This document shows, piece by piece, positions 21,614-35,063 of a DNA stretch of 64,000 bases (positions are counted from its first letter, which is position 1; each line of letters starts with the position of its first letter). The DNA is from Cyanophora paradoxa CCMP329 (taxonomy: Eukaryota > Plantae > Glaucophyta), in assembly GCA_004431415.1 (NCBI GenBank), contig QPMI01000569.1, forward strand, positions 310,001 through 374,000, read 5' to 3'. Both the position numbers and the translations under genes were made by a program. Under the pieces are notes generated by a model that was given only the letters and a program-made list of their open reading frames with translations, was not told the origin of the DNA and ran no database searches.

Positions 21614-24600
21614 CACTAGTAAAAAGGGGTCCGAACTGATCGAATTGCGACCTAATTGCGACCTAATATATTCGATCGCAGTTCAGTCGGCCCGGCGATC
21701 TAATACGGATCTAATTGCAATTAGGTCGGAGTTAGGTCGGAGCTTGCGCCGCCTATAGCTTATAGCTTAGCCCTAGGCGTCCCTTAAGCTTATAATTAAT
21801 TAGAGCTATAGCTCGCTATAGCGCTATAGCGCTAGCCTTAGGCGAGCGCTAGCCCGCCCGGCCCCGGCCCCCCCGCCCCGCCCCTAGCTATAGATCTAGA
21901 GCTCATGCTCATGCTAGAGCTAGAGCTCATGGGCAGAGGGTTCTCCAGGAGATATTCCGGGCCCGCGCTCCTCGCAGGCCGCGGCGTTAGACGCCGCGCT
22001 CGGCGTGGGGATGGGCCGTGACAATGCGCGCACGGGGAGCCGCGCGGAGCTGCCCGCCGCTGCCGCCGGGCCGAGAAGCCCGTCCTAGGAGATAATGTCA
22101 GAATAAGGTCAGACGAGGGGTGTTCGGATGGGGGTGATCTGAAGGTGTGCAGCAGCGCGTATTGAAGAGTCATCTCAGATCATTTATAAAGCTTAAGAGC
22201 GGCGCCGTGGCCTGGCGAGCGCGCACCAAAAAAGCGCGGAGCTCCGCTGTCGACGTCGCTTCGCGTGGAGAGCTCGCCTGCAAAATCTGAAAAGTGATAA
22301 ATTGAGATTAGATGCAGACTAGTGCGAGGGGAAAGAAAACAGCCGCCAGCGAGGGGGGAGGAGCGGCGGAGGACCCGCTCCGGATCCCGGCAACGCTCCC
22401 AGGCAGTGTTCTCTAAAAGTGAGCTGCCGGCCCGGCGGACCCGAGAGTAGGATCATTTAACTCGTATTGAAGTGTTTTATAAGCCTACGCGGTCGGCCGA
22501 AAGTCGGGTCTCCCTCCCCTAAGGACCCCGCGGACCTGGGCGAGCTCGGCGACGTCGAGGTCGCGTAGCCGAGGAAGCCGCCGGCGAGCGGGGGAGGAGC
22601 GGCGGAGGACCCGCTCCCGTGCGGTCGTTTCACGAGCATCTGAGGCGAGGATCACGGCAATGCGCAGCGATTGGGCGGGAGCGCACGGGTGCGGCCGCAC
22701 GGCCTTGAAACTGCGGCGGGGGTCGGCGCTCGGGCGCGGCGCGGCAGCGGGCGCGGCTCGCCTGCAACGGGATCGACCGGAGAGCGGTTGTAGAGCGTTC
22801 AGCGTGCGCGCTGCAGCCAGGCGCTCTCGAGGCTGCAAGGAATCCGCACGACACCGGCAGGCCTGCACGGGATCGCGTCGGATCAGGCTGAGAGCATGCA
22901 ACTGGCATTCTTACATCGACGCAAAATCCCTGTGATGTAAAGCGGGGAGCTGCGCCGAGCCTGGGCCCGGATGAGCAAGTTCTCCCGAGGTCGGCGCAGC
23001 TGGAGAACGCAACGGGAGCTCTCGGGGACCGATCCAGCGCACCAAGCATCCCACGTAGCTCTCGGTGCGCTTCTGGGCGCGAGCGGCCTGCCGCGATGCC
23101 GCACTTATCTGGGCGACGTCGCCTACGGCGGCTGCGGCGACGGCGGCGCTCTCCACTCGTCATAGCTAGTGTCTCCAGTGCAAAGCTGCGCTCGCCGCTT
23201 GTCTTGCATACCTCTAGCTACGAGCGAGGTCTTCCCGCTGGGGTACCGGTTTTGGTTGGGGTACACAAACCGCAAATATCGAAGCCCACGCAGCCCGCTT
23301 CTGCCTTGCGGCACCCGCGGGCGAGCGGAGCGTGCAGCAGCGATCTCTCTAGTGTTGTGCGCAACTCGTACGCGTGCAGATCGGCAGCGAGAGCGGGCTG
23401 CGAGCGGACTTCGTCGAATCAGGTCCGAGGCCCGCCTCCCGCGAGCTGCCGGCCTCTCGGCACACTCGTTGCTGATCAGGAAGCTCTAGGAAGCGGGCAG
23501 CTTCCGCCCGGAGCCCCGAACGGCATTGTCCGCAGCCCGCCAGGTCCAATCCGCGGAACGCGGCTAAACTCGTGCTCTCGGACGCGCTGCGGTCGCTCTG
23601 TGGGCTATTCGTGCTAATCTCCTCACGCAGGAGTGCTTGACGGGCCAGTGCTCTCGCTACCGTGGTCTCTGACTCGCGACCCCAGATCTTTGCCTGCCTC
23701 GAGGCGTGCAGCCCCGCGCGACTTCGCCTCACGATTCTCGATGAAGGTACGCTCTCCTCCCGGCCGGCCGCTCGCCGGCGCCGGATCCCGGCCGGGGCCC
23801 GCTCGCCCTCTCTGACTCGCGGCCCCAGATCTTTGCCTGCCTCGAGGCGTGCAGCCCCGCGCGACTTCGCCTCGCGATCCTCGATGAAGGTACGCTCTCC
23901 TCCCGGCCGGCCGCTCGCCGGCGCCGGATCCCCACCGGGGCCCGCTCGCCCTCTCTGACTCGCGGCCCCAGATCTTTGCCTGCCTCGAGGCGTGCAGCCC
24001 CGCGCGACTTCGGCTCGCGATTCTCGATGAAGGTACGCTCTCCTCCTGGCCGGCCGCTCGCCGGCGCCGGATCCCCACCGGGGCCCGCTCGCCCTCTCTG
24101 ACTCGCGGCCCCAGATCTTTGCCTGCCTCGAGGCGTGCAGCCCCGCGCGACTTCGCCTCGCGATCCTCGATGAAGGTACGCTCTCCTCCCGGCCGGCCGC
24201 TCGCCGGCGCCGGATCCCCACCGGGGCCCGCTCGCCCTCTCTGACTCGCGGCCCCAGATCTTTGCCTGCCTCGAGGCGTGCAGCCCCGCGCGACTTCGCC
24301 TCGCGATCCTCGATGAAGGTACGCGCTCCTCCCGGCCGGCCGCTCGCCGGCGCCCGATCCCGGCCGAGGCCCGCTCGCCCTTGCCGACTCGCGGCCCCAG
24401 ATCTCGCATGCGGGCGACTGGCAGCACAAGCTGCGACGTTCGATGTGGATTCGCATTGGCGACCGCCGCCCTCCAGCTCTCCCTTAAGCTTTATATCTCC
24501 ACCCCTTAGCTAGCTAGCTAGCTAGCCACCTAGATGGCTGTATAATGCGAGTAATCTGATTGCTGGGTGGAGGGGCGGGGGCGGGCCGGGGCGGCGGGGG

Positions 24601-24806
24601 AGCGCGGGGTAGCCCCCGGCCGCGGGCAGCGGCGATCAAATTGCGATCTAACTGAGACCTATCTGAATTAGATCGCAGTTCGATCGCAATTCAGTCCATG
24701 TCCCCATTTTATGGTCGGAATTAGATCGGTGGCCGATCAAATATATTAGGTCTCAGTTCAGTCGTAATTAGATCAGTTCGGACCCCTTTTCAAAGTTTTA
24801 CTAGTG
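21614..24806. mobile_element. Non-autonomous CACTA (EnSpm/CMC) DNA transposon
   Basis: Ends CACTAGTAAAA...TTTTACTAGTG with an extended imperfect TIR (AAAAGGGGTCCGAACTGATC); 3-bp TSD CAC at 21611-21613 and 24807-24809; subterminal GCGACCTAAT-like repeats; no transposase seen. Confidence 0.9.
23667..24405. repeat. 143-bp tandem repeat, 5 copies plus a partial copy, inside the CACTA element
   Basis: GACTCGCG anchor at 23671, 23814, 23957, 24100, 24243 and 24386. Confidence 0.95.
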
Positions 24807-26200
24807 CACGCAGGGGACTTCGAACACAGCAATGCGTGCCCAGCCTTCAGTTCGCGATCCGCAAAGCGCGCGCTTGTGTGTCCAAGTGAGCTGGTTTTGG
24901 GGCTTCTGCACGCCCGGCGGCCGCGTACGCTCGCAACAATGCAGCGGCTAACTTACGTATTCACCGCCATGCAGAGCACTCCCAATTCAGCGGCTGCAGT
25001 GCGTGCGCAGTCTTCAGTTGCCAGGTTGGCGTTCAGCTTTCTGAGGTTATATTGCATACACAGGTCGCTGCAGCTGAAGAGCAGAGAAGACCTCCCACAG
25101 GCTTATCGTCGCCTCTTCCTCTGGCGGTACGCCGGCCTCGCGGATATCGAAATTCAAGACCTTGTCTACCAGATGCGCGCCGGGAGCGGGCAGCGCGACA
25201 GCCGCGTGGCTCTGCGGGCGCTCGAGGCGGCGGGCCGCCTCACCATGCTCTCGCAAGACGGCCCTCTTCATGACCGGCGCCGCTGGCTGCCGCTCACCCC
25301 CACTGAGTCTCTCGGAGACGTCGGCCGATCACACTTGCGCTGTCTTGTCGGGCCAAGTGTGGGTCGGTGGCGTGTTGGCTCCTTGACGGCTTTCGTTTCC
25401 TTTTCTGGAGCGTTGGCCATAGAGCTCAGAGGAGTGGTAGAGTGGGGCTTCGTTGGTGCACGGCCCCAGAGCGTGTAGTCGGCGGCTCACTCTATCGTGC
25501 CCCGCTCTTTCGTTGGGCCTGATGGGTGGCCCGGATACCTCCTCGTTGTTTTCTTCCGAGGCGGTGAAACTTCCCATCCGTGCCCCTCTCCTGCGGTGCT
25601 CGCCGTACGGAGCGAGTTTCGGGCCAGTATCACTTTCTGCGATTTTTATGCTTTTCTGCCATTTCGAGCTTTATCGCACGCACGCATATGCATGCTCATC
25701 ATCACCCTGCCTTGCCTTGCACACGACCTGGATCGGACGACCTGGACGGGATCGACCTGGACGGGATCTACCTGGCCTTCTACCTGGCCTGCAGCTGTCT
25801 GCATTCCTGCCCCCCGGGCCGTGCACGTGGCTCATGATCAGGTTCCTCGTCTTGGGGCCTGTCGGTGCCCTCGAGCGGCGCACCCATCGGCGGTGTTGGG
25901 GACGCCCTCTTGCGGCTATGCCGACCCGAGTCACGGTTTGACTGGCTACGTCCGACGGTCGCGCGGACGCGACGTCAGCGGAAGAGGAGTTGTCCGACGG
26001 TCGCATGGCTCGATTCCCTGGCCTTGCGGTGACTTAGCGACTAGAGCTAGTTGGTGCCTGACGCAGTCTAGAGTGCCTTAGCATAGTCTCTTCCTGTAGG
26101 CTTACCTCGCGGTAGCCTACGCTGGCCTGCCTCTACCTGTCTTAGGGGTACAGTGTCAGTAGTCTTCCGGGTACACAGAGAATACACCAGCCTGCATCTA

Positions 26201-26415
26201 CTGTAGGACGGCTTTTTTAGCTGTCGTTTTATTTTGCCGTAAATTGCCGAGAGGCCGAATTCGGCAATTTAAAGGGACGGCAATGTTGCTGGGGGTAGAG
26301 AGTTCCCGAGGCCCCCATAGAGCGAATGTCTGGATTCGGCAATTTATCACCACGGCAATGCCGGTTTGGGCGAATTCGGCAATTTTTCACCACGGCAATT
26401 TAAGCCGTCCTACAG
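26201..26415. mobile_element. Tc1/mariner-type MITE
   Basis: Perfect 14-bp TIR CTGTAGGACGGCTT / AAGCCGTCCTACAG flanked by TA on both sides; internal TTCGGCAATT repeats. Confidence 0.85.
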
Positions 26416-26710
26416 TACAGCTGCTGCAGCACAGGGAGCCGGCCCCGCGCTGGACCGCGCGGGCGCCCAATCGGGTGGGAATACTTCCTATCCGACATAT
26501 AGCATGTGAAATATACCGGCACGTGCCCAATCGGAAAACACTGGCATTTTCAAGTCGAATTAGTACGGGGACCTCGCCGGTCCCAGCGCAGTACTAATTT
26601 GACTTGGAAGGTGTTCCCAGTCTAAAAACTCGGCCGAGTTTAGTCAATCGACTTGACTCGGAAAAAGTTTGTATGGCGGAAACTGCGCCATAGAGCCATA
26701 ACTCGTAGCG

Positions 26711-29453
26711 TGCCAGGCTGACAACTACTACTAGTACTGGCAACTATTTCTGTCAATCCACCAAGTTAGGCGACGACAAACTTACTAAGTTAGGGGCGGA
26801 TAGACGAGTTCACAGAGTCTATTTATCATAGAATTTTTTTGGGGGAGCGCGAAACCGAAGAGTCGCGTCGCCAGGCTGACAACTACTGCCAGGCTGACAA
26901 CCAGTGATGGCATTCTTTCTAGAAACATTTTTTAATTCTATTCCTGGAATAATTCCTAGAATGATTCCTGGAATGGTGCTGGGAACGCCGTTCTTTCAGG
27001 AATTGTTCCGAATAAGGGGGGGTACTTGTTCGTGCATGGGATTTTTCGCCAGAACGCAGCACACAGCATCCAGCAGAGCGCGCCCGCATCGCAAATCGAT
27101 GTCTGGTGAGAACGAGGGCTCAGCTGGCCCGTCGGAGTCGCCTCCGCAAGCGGTCTGCCCGATGACGTCGACGACGACAGCTCGAGCTCACTGCTGCACC
27201 TTCGAACGCATGAATATGCTTCAATATCTAATGCTTGACAGTTCATACAGTGCCGACGGTGGTCTCGCAAAGCGGGGAGGGGCGGGCAGGGCGGGGCTGG
27301 GCCGGCGTGGGGTGCGGTATGCGTGTATGAGGGAAGGGTTTCTAGAAACAATAAAGAATTCGGAATCTTACTAGGAATATTCCAGGAATTATTCCTGGAA
27401 TGGGCAGTTTTTCGGTTAATTCGGAATAACATCACTGCTGACAACTACTACTAGTACTGGCAACTAGACTCTAATGACTCTACATCTAATGTGGTATGGG
27501 AGCTACCTATGAAGCTATGAAGAAGGTTGATGGGAACTTCGGAAGGGCCATATGGTTGCCTAACTAGGCGCCTATGGAAAGCTGACGGTCGTCCTTGTCA
27601 CAGTGTATTCGAGCTGGCTGGCGCTAACTAGCTGCGCCAGTCAGCAGTGCGCGGCGCTGAGCGCAGGCGAGGCGCGGGAGCTGGATTGCCGAAGGCGGCC
27701 CCGCCAGGCCCGCGCGCCCCCAACCGCATGCATATATATGCTCTTGCGATATCGATCATGCACCGTCGACAGGCCCTGAGGCCAGTGGAATTCGAACGCC
27801 ATTCGTTCACCCGACTCCCACTAGCTACGTCTGTGATGCTGGCGATGGCTGCAGCTCCGCGAAGCTGCAACTAACGCGAAGCCGAAAAGAAAGTGGGGGT
27901 ACTGTGGGCGGCCGCGCGCAGGCTGTACCCCAGAGGTAAGGGCGCGGCCCCGGCAGCGCGCTCCGGCGGCGAGAAACTGATCACGCTTTACAGCGTAATC
28001 TATTATCACTGATCATGCATATGCGCCGCTATTATATAATTATCCGGCCGGCGCCGGCGCGGCGAATCGGCGGCGATTCGTGAATGGTGATGATGATTCA
28101 TGAATCGAAATCATGACTCCGTGACAACTCTTCAAATCGGCATCATTGCAATGATGGCATCTAGAATTTTTTGGGGGAGGGCGCGAAACCGAAGACTCGC
28201 GTCGCCAGGCTGACAACGACTGCCGCAGTGCCAGGCTGACAACTACTACTAGTACTGGCAACTAGTTCTGTCAATCCACAAAGTTAGGCGACGACAAACT
28301 TACTAAGTTAGGGGCGGATAGACGAGTTCACAGAGTCTATTTATCAAAGAATTTTTTTGGGGGAGCGCGAAACCGAAGAGTCGCGTCGCCAGGCTGACAA
28401 CTACTGCCAGGCTGACAACTACTACTAGTACTGGCAACTAGACTCTAATGACTCTACATCTAATGTGGTATGGGAGCTACCTATGAAGCTATGAAGAAGG
28501 TTGATGGGAACTTCGGAAGGGCCATATGGTTGCCTAACTAGGCGCCTATGGAAAGCTGACGGTCGTCCTTGTCACAGTGTATTCGAGCTGGCTGGCGCTA
28601 ACTAGCTGCGCCAGTCAGCAGTGCGCGGCGCTGAGCGCAGGCGAGGCGCGGGAGCTGGATTGCCGAAGGCGGCCCCGCCAGGCCCGCGCGCCCCAACCGC
28701 ATGCATATATATGCTCTTGCGATATCGATCATGCACCGTCGACAGGCCCTGAGGCCAGTGGAATTCGAACGCCATTCGTTCACCCGACTCCCACTAGCTA
28801 CGTCTGTGATGCTGGCGATGGCTGCAGCTCCGCGAAGCTGCAACTAACGCGAAGCCGAAAAGAAAGTGGGGGTACTGTGGGCGGCCGCGCGCAGGCTGTA
28901 CCCCAGAGGTAAGGGCGCGGCCCCGGCAGCGCGCTCCGGCGGCGAGAAACTGATCACGCTTTACAGCGTAATCTATTATCACTGATCATGCATATGCGCC
29001 GCTATTATATAATTATCCGGCCGGCGCCGGCGCGGCGAATCGGCGGCGATTCGTGAATGGTGATGATGATTCATGAATCGAAATCATGACTCCGTGACAA
29101 CTCTTCAAATCGGCATCATTGCAATGATGGCATCTAGAATTTTTTGGGGGGAGGGCGCGAAACCGAAGACTCGCGTCGCCAGGCTGACAACGACTGCCGC
29201 AGTGCCAGGCTGACAACTACTACTAGTACTGGCAACTAGTTCTGTCAATCCACAAAGTTAGGCGACGACAAACTTACTAAGTTAGGGGCGGATAGACGAG
29301 TTCACAGAGTCTATTTATCAAAGAATTTTTTTGGGGGAGCGCGAAACCGAAGAGTCGCGTCGCCAGGCTGACAACTACTGCCAGGCTGACAACTACTACT
29401 AGTACTGGCAACTAGACTCTAATGACTCTAGATCTAATGTGGTATGGGAGCTA
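26711..29453. repeat. Near-identical tandem duplication with a period of about 974 bp (two full units plus partial)
   Basis: GCTGACAACTACTACTAGTACTGGCAACTAGACTC at 27437, 28411 and 29385; the first partial unit starts at about 26711. Confidence 0.9.
26902..27437. mobile_element. hAT-type MITE
   Basis: TIR CAGTGATG(gc/tt)ATTC; 8-bp TSD CTGACAAC at 26894-26901 and 27438-27445; the empty site is visible in the neighbouring repeat copies. Confidence 0.9.
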
Positions 29454-32416
29454 CACGCAGAACCAAAATGCGTACCGCGATGCGTACCGTAGTAGTACGG
29501 TAGTACTCACTGAGTCACTGTCAGTGACTGCCGCAGTGCGCGCATGCGGGGGACCGGGAGTCTGTCACACAGTGTGCCACGCCGCACGGTGGCGGCAGAC
29601 TCTCAGGCTCTGAGCTCGAGACCGTCGGACGCCGGCGGCCGGCCGGCAGTGCCACAGTGGGGCCCACTGGGGAAAATTTGTTCTTTAAACCTGTGCGGTG
29701 ATCATCATGGCATGATCATCCGATGATGATGATCATACTAGGCTAGCGCTCGGCGAAGTAGCCGCCGTATACCAGTATATACGTACGCGTATGCCGGCGC
29801 CGCATCTATGCATGCGCAGTGCGTAATCACAGCGTATACGTAGCACTGCGTATACGTACGCGCATATTACGTACATACAAGCATATATAGTAGGTTCCGA
29901 TCTGAAACGCCAGCCGCTGAGCCGCTGTCAGCCCGCTGATCATGAGCGTTCCCGGCCTGCGTGCGCACATGTACATACTATGATATGCATGCACGTATTT
30001 ATATCGGCCGCGGCGTAGAAGTAATAAGTAGCAAGCCTTAAAGCGTACGCGTATCTATATCTCTTTACGTACGCGCATGTGTATACGCACACGCGCGGAT
30101 TCACGCTTTCGCACAATCGCAACGCATATGCATATGGTGGTGTAGCCGCAGCAGCGTGTCATGACCAGGCGTCCCCAATGCATGTGGTTCTGGAGCTGGA
30201 GGCATTTCGGGGGAGCTCGAGCTCCGTCCATGGCGGGGTCCACGTTGATCATGAGGTGGACCGCCCGCGCGGGCTTTCGCTAGACCCGCTGCCGGAGCCT
30301 CCAATCTCGGCGCGGGCGCTCTCCGACGCCGGTCGCGAGCCCCTCTCTTACCTTGCCCTGTCGCCGACGTCGACGACCAGCCGGGGGGCCGCCTCTGGCG
30401 GAACGGGATCGCCGGGCAGCAACACGCACCGCGCTGGGCCGTGCCCTAGGCCTCTCGACTGCGGCCAGGTCGGGGGTGAGCTGAGCTTCGGGCCTGCCGG
30501 CGCCTTCTCGGGATCCAGCCTCGAGCTCCACGTCGAACTGCCGGCGACCGCCGCGGCCCTTCGTCACGACCAGCCAGTAGCGATCGCCAGCAGCGACTTC
30601 TCTTTCGCGGTGCGTGCATGCGCACGAGTGTATGCGTATATATATTTTCGGATCCCAGAATCGACATCGATGTCGGTCGCGTCTCACATTTAAGAAGGAA
30701 TATCGCCCGGCGCAGAATTTCATCGACGGCTCTTCGGCTGCAGCTGCAATTGGCAGCCTAGGGCACGCGTACGCGTCCGAAGTCCCGTTCGAGTTCGAGA
30801 CATCCGGCCCGAAGGCGAGCGCGGCGACGGCCAGCGTTGAGATGCCCCCGGCCTTCACGCAGGACGGGTTTCTGTACTTGGCGGTGCCTGTTCGCGTCGC
30901 TGACTGGGCCGGCGCTGCCCACATCCAGGACGACCCCAGCTGCATCGATGTCCTCAGCCCCATGTCGATGGCTATGGCCATGGCCGGCTCCGATTGCGAC
31001 GACAGCACCAGTCGCCGCCTCATCTCGGCATCTGGCAGTTTCATCAATGTTGCGGGACGCTCCGGGTCAGCCGTCGTGCCGGACCCGGATCCGGAGGGTG
31101 CCTCGCCCCCCCTCTGGAGCTCCCGCGGCCGCGGCCGCCCGTTGGCCGTCCCGGATATCGACACCCGTGGCCAGCCCCTCTCGATCGAGTCGCCCCGCTC
31201 CGACGCGCTCGACTCGCCCCGCTCCATATCGCCCTCGGCGGTCGCCGCCACCCGGAGCAGCGCTAGCCTGAGCGCAAATCTGAAGCGAAAGCAGCTGCAG
31301 GAGGCTGATGCGAACTTCGTCCGCTCTCTCGCCGACAAGCGCTCGCGACCGGTACCCGCTTCCTCCGAGCTCGACCGCGAGGTCTGCATTCGATGATTGC
31401 CCCGGCCCTCCACGTGTACATGCGGCCTTCTAGATCTCTAGATCGGCTTCAAGCTCAACCTGTTCGCCTAAATCGAATCGATATCCTGCATGCGCAGGAC
31501 GCGCGCGCACGCGGCACGCATGCGCATGCGCATGGCACTGGCGTCCAGCACAAACCTGGTGAATTGCAACCGCCGGCGGTGGGGATCCGGAGCTCCGACT
31601 CCGACCTTTCGGAAGCTAACGCGACTTGCAACGACGCCGACGGCCATTTTCCGCTGCCGAGCCTCCGGATCCACCTTCCTCCAAAATCCGTGAACCCGAC
31701 CTACCTCGAGCGCATCCAGAAGTACGGTGAGCTCGAGTTCAAGTGATGATGATCGTCATGAATAATTGCGAACGGTGTTCCTGAAAACGCGCACCTTAAT
31801 ATGCATACAGATACGTGCTCATCCATACCATAAAATTCATTTAATTTGCAAGTAATATTGAGCGACGTTAGCACGCGCATATGCATGTGTAAGGATATAT
31901 ATCGATCCGGGCGCGTGGGCATATATATGCATATATACGTATACGTACGCGTAGGGGTCTCTAGACCTCCTACGCATGCTCCTACGCCTGGCAGCATGCA
32001 TTCATATAATTTTAACTTCTTATAATTAACACATATTTGATCATGACTTTGCGCCCCCGCCGCTGGCAATCGTCGCAGGCACCGACGGCAAGTTCCTGCC
32101 CCCCTGGCTCGTCCGCCCGCGCAAATGCAACTCAGCTTCAAGCCCGCGATCTCCTTCTGCGCTCTCCGCAAACCCGACCTCGCATCCACCCTCCAGTGAT
32201 CATGAGACGTCGACTCCGCTTGCAATTGTTGGCGACGAGACTGTACATGTTGGCGGCGACGGCGCTGCCTCGCGCCTGGGCGCGCTGCAGCTGGGCCTAG
32301 GCCTTTCGCCTAGTACGTCGAATTCGAACTTCGGCTTTTCGAAGTTCTCCACGTAAGCCCATTTCACAAATTAACAAACTGGGAATCGGTTTATAAATAG
32401 AATCACCCAATTTGCA

Positions 32417-34289
32417 ATGAAATTCATTCACATTTCTCTTACGGGTGCTCGTTACAGCAACGGCGGTGGCCATGGCTTCCATTTCAAGCCGCAATCTGTC
32501 GCTTTCGCGAATGCGTTCAGCGAGAGTCTACAACTAGCGCATGTTCAAGCGACGGCTGCGCCGGCGCCCGGGTCCGGGGCTGCGGCCGCGGCCGCTCGTG
32601 GCAGCGACGGCGCGATCGGTGGCAGCCTTCATGATCACCTCGAGCTCGGCCACGACGCGGGCGACCGCGGCCGCGACCGCGCGCCGTCGACTTCGACGGC
32701 CTCCGCCACCAGCCGCAGCCCGCCGAGCGTCGACTTGCACTCCGAATCCAGCGCCACGCGTATGCACACGGCCAGTCCCGTAACCCCCCACCTCTCTATC
32801 GACCCTCCTTCGGGCCCCTTCCGCCGCGCCCCGGATCCCCCGTCGCCCGGAGTTCCGCCCTCCGACCCGTGGCCGGCCCAGTGCAGCTCGCTTCCCCCCG
32901 CATGCGCAGCCGCAGCGTGCGGGGCGGAGGGCGGCCGCGAGCGGGCTCGAGAGGGGCCGGCGGGGCCGGCGGGGCCGGCGGGGCCGAGGCCCGTGTACAA
33001 GGGGGCCCTCCCCTTCGAGCTCGACGAGGGCCTCCTCCGCCGCCTCGCAGACGAGCAGGCACGCGCGCGCGCCCCGGCCCGAACTCGAGATCCGCGCCAG
33101 TCTTCGCGGGGCTGACACAGCCGCGGTCTGATTCCGCAGCGCTCGAAGCTGCAGCGGCAGATGGAGGCGGAGAGGGGGCTCCCCGGCAGCGCAAGCGACC
33201 CCGCCGCCGTGCGCCACGCGTCCTGTGTCTCGCTCGAGCTCGCATATAATAATTATAATAAGGGCAACATCGACCCACGCCGACTCTAACTCGGAAACCG
33301 TGTGCCGCAGGCAATGCCGCCGTCGGGGTCGCGTGTGACGCGGGAGGAGCTGGTGGCCAACTTCGAGCACCCGATCCAGGACGTGGCCAGGCGCCTCGGC
33401 GTCTGCGTGACCGTCCTGAAGAAGATCTGCCGCTCGCACGGCATCACCCGCTGGCCCCAGCGCAAGCTCCGCTCCGTCGTCCGGTGGATCGAGCAGGCGG
33501 ACGTCGTCGTGCAGAACCGCGTGCCGGGCTTCGACCACGCCGCCATCGCCCGCGTCGCCGCGCGCCTCCGCGAGACCCGCTCCGTCCTCTACTCCAAGCC
33601 GGACACCTCCAGTGCGTCCGCCTGGCGCTGCCGGTCGCTCGGCGCCTCAACCCCGCATTTCCTTGCACCCGCCTTATCTCGCGTCGACGTCGCCGGCGCG
33701 CCTAATTACAACCCCCCGCAGTCCGAGACGTGACGGGGACAATCCGGAAGCTGCTGGTGCAGCCGATCCAGCAGCGTCTGAACGAGATGCGCGCCGCGGC
33801 GGCAGACGGCCGGCGGGAGGACTGGGAGGGCGAGGAGAGCGATGCGGACGGGGAGGAAGGGCTTCAGTCGGGCAAGGGGAAGCCGAAGTGCGGCGGCGTA
33901 CAGATGGACGACATCACCACGTGCGCTCTAATTATCTAAATTATTATATATCATTACAATATATACGTTTCTGGCACCCGACCTCGCCAGCCGCGGGATA
34001 TTGATGGGCTGTAGTGAATGGAATCAACATTGTGGATGCATATAAGAATTTTATCCATGGCCACCCTTGCGATCGACGTGCCTTCGTGCGCAGGTACCTT
34101 CAATCGTACCTCGCCGCGACGTCGACGTCGACGTCGACGGCGGCCGACGTCGGCGCGCCGGCGCCCCAGCATCCGGTCCCCGCCGCGGCCGCCGTTCCTG
34201 ACGCCGACGGCGACCGCGCCTCCGAGCGGGGCGGGCAGCGGCAGGCCTGCCCCCACCCGCGGGCCCCGCCGGCCTTCCTCGGCTTCTGA
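32417..34289 (+). CDS. RWP-RK domain transcription factor (multi-exon; ends uncertain)
   Basis: VTREELVANFEHPIQDVARRLGVCVTVLKKICRSHGITRWPQRKLRSV at about 33334-33480. Confidence 0.85.
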
Positions 34290-35063
34290 TCGCGATCGCG
34301 ATCGCGAGCCCCACTGACATCGGCGCCGCGCGGCTGGTTCGTGACCTCGAGCCGCCATGTAACGAGAACGAGCTCGAGCGCGATCGCGACGTCGACGCCT
34401 CTAACTCTCCATTTCCGCGCGTGCAGTTCGAGATCTGCGCAGCGTTGCGTTGCATGCTTCGATACGTTCCGGTCCCTTGGAGCTGATCATGAGTGATCAT
34501 GATCAGGCAGATGAGCTTGTACTATAGTAATTCACGTTCTCGCAATTGCAATGTACTAGTATACTTATATAATTATCCATTTGTAGCGGTAGATGTAAAT
34601 AGGCCTAACGCTCCACGCGTTTCATATGATTTCATTCGCAATTTTGCCTACAGCTTAACTTATCATTATTGTAGCCAGCTATATATATATGTTACGTCAT
34701 TCCATAAGATCATGATCGAGGAGGCAGACGTCATGATCGGCTTTCACATTCCAGATCCGGCGCTACAACAGTTGCAATATAGATTGCCGAGTCATAGATC
34801 ACAAATTTAATTTTTTTTTCAGCTGTAGATATCAATTGATGCTTTCCGGAGGTCCGCGGCCGACTGCGTAATACAGTGCTTATACGTATACTGCAGTCCT
34901 AGTTATATGAAAACGTATATTGTACGTGTTATTTGCATCAGAGAGTCGTTTACGCTCGATTACGAGATCGATCGCGAGTTGATGTCTAGATCTTGATTAC
35001 TCCGTGCCACGGTGACCGTTCAACGGTTGATCACTCGGACGCGTAAACGTTTGATTTGAGTTT

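Noticed and set aside
28160-28210. Helitron 3' end (hairpin plus CTAG on the minus strand)
   Set aside because: CTAG is followed by A rather than T, and the sister hairpin copies lack CTAG.
30079-31746. Ser/Pro-rich ORFs upstream of the RWP-RK gene
   Set aside because: Plausibly coding exons, but there is no recognisable domain and no reliable gene model.
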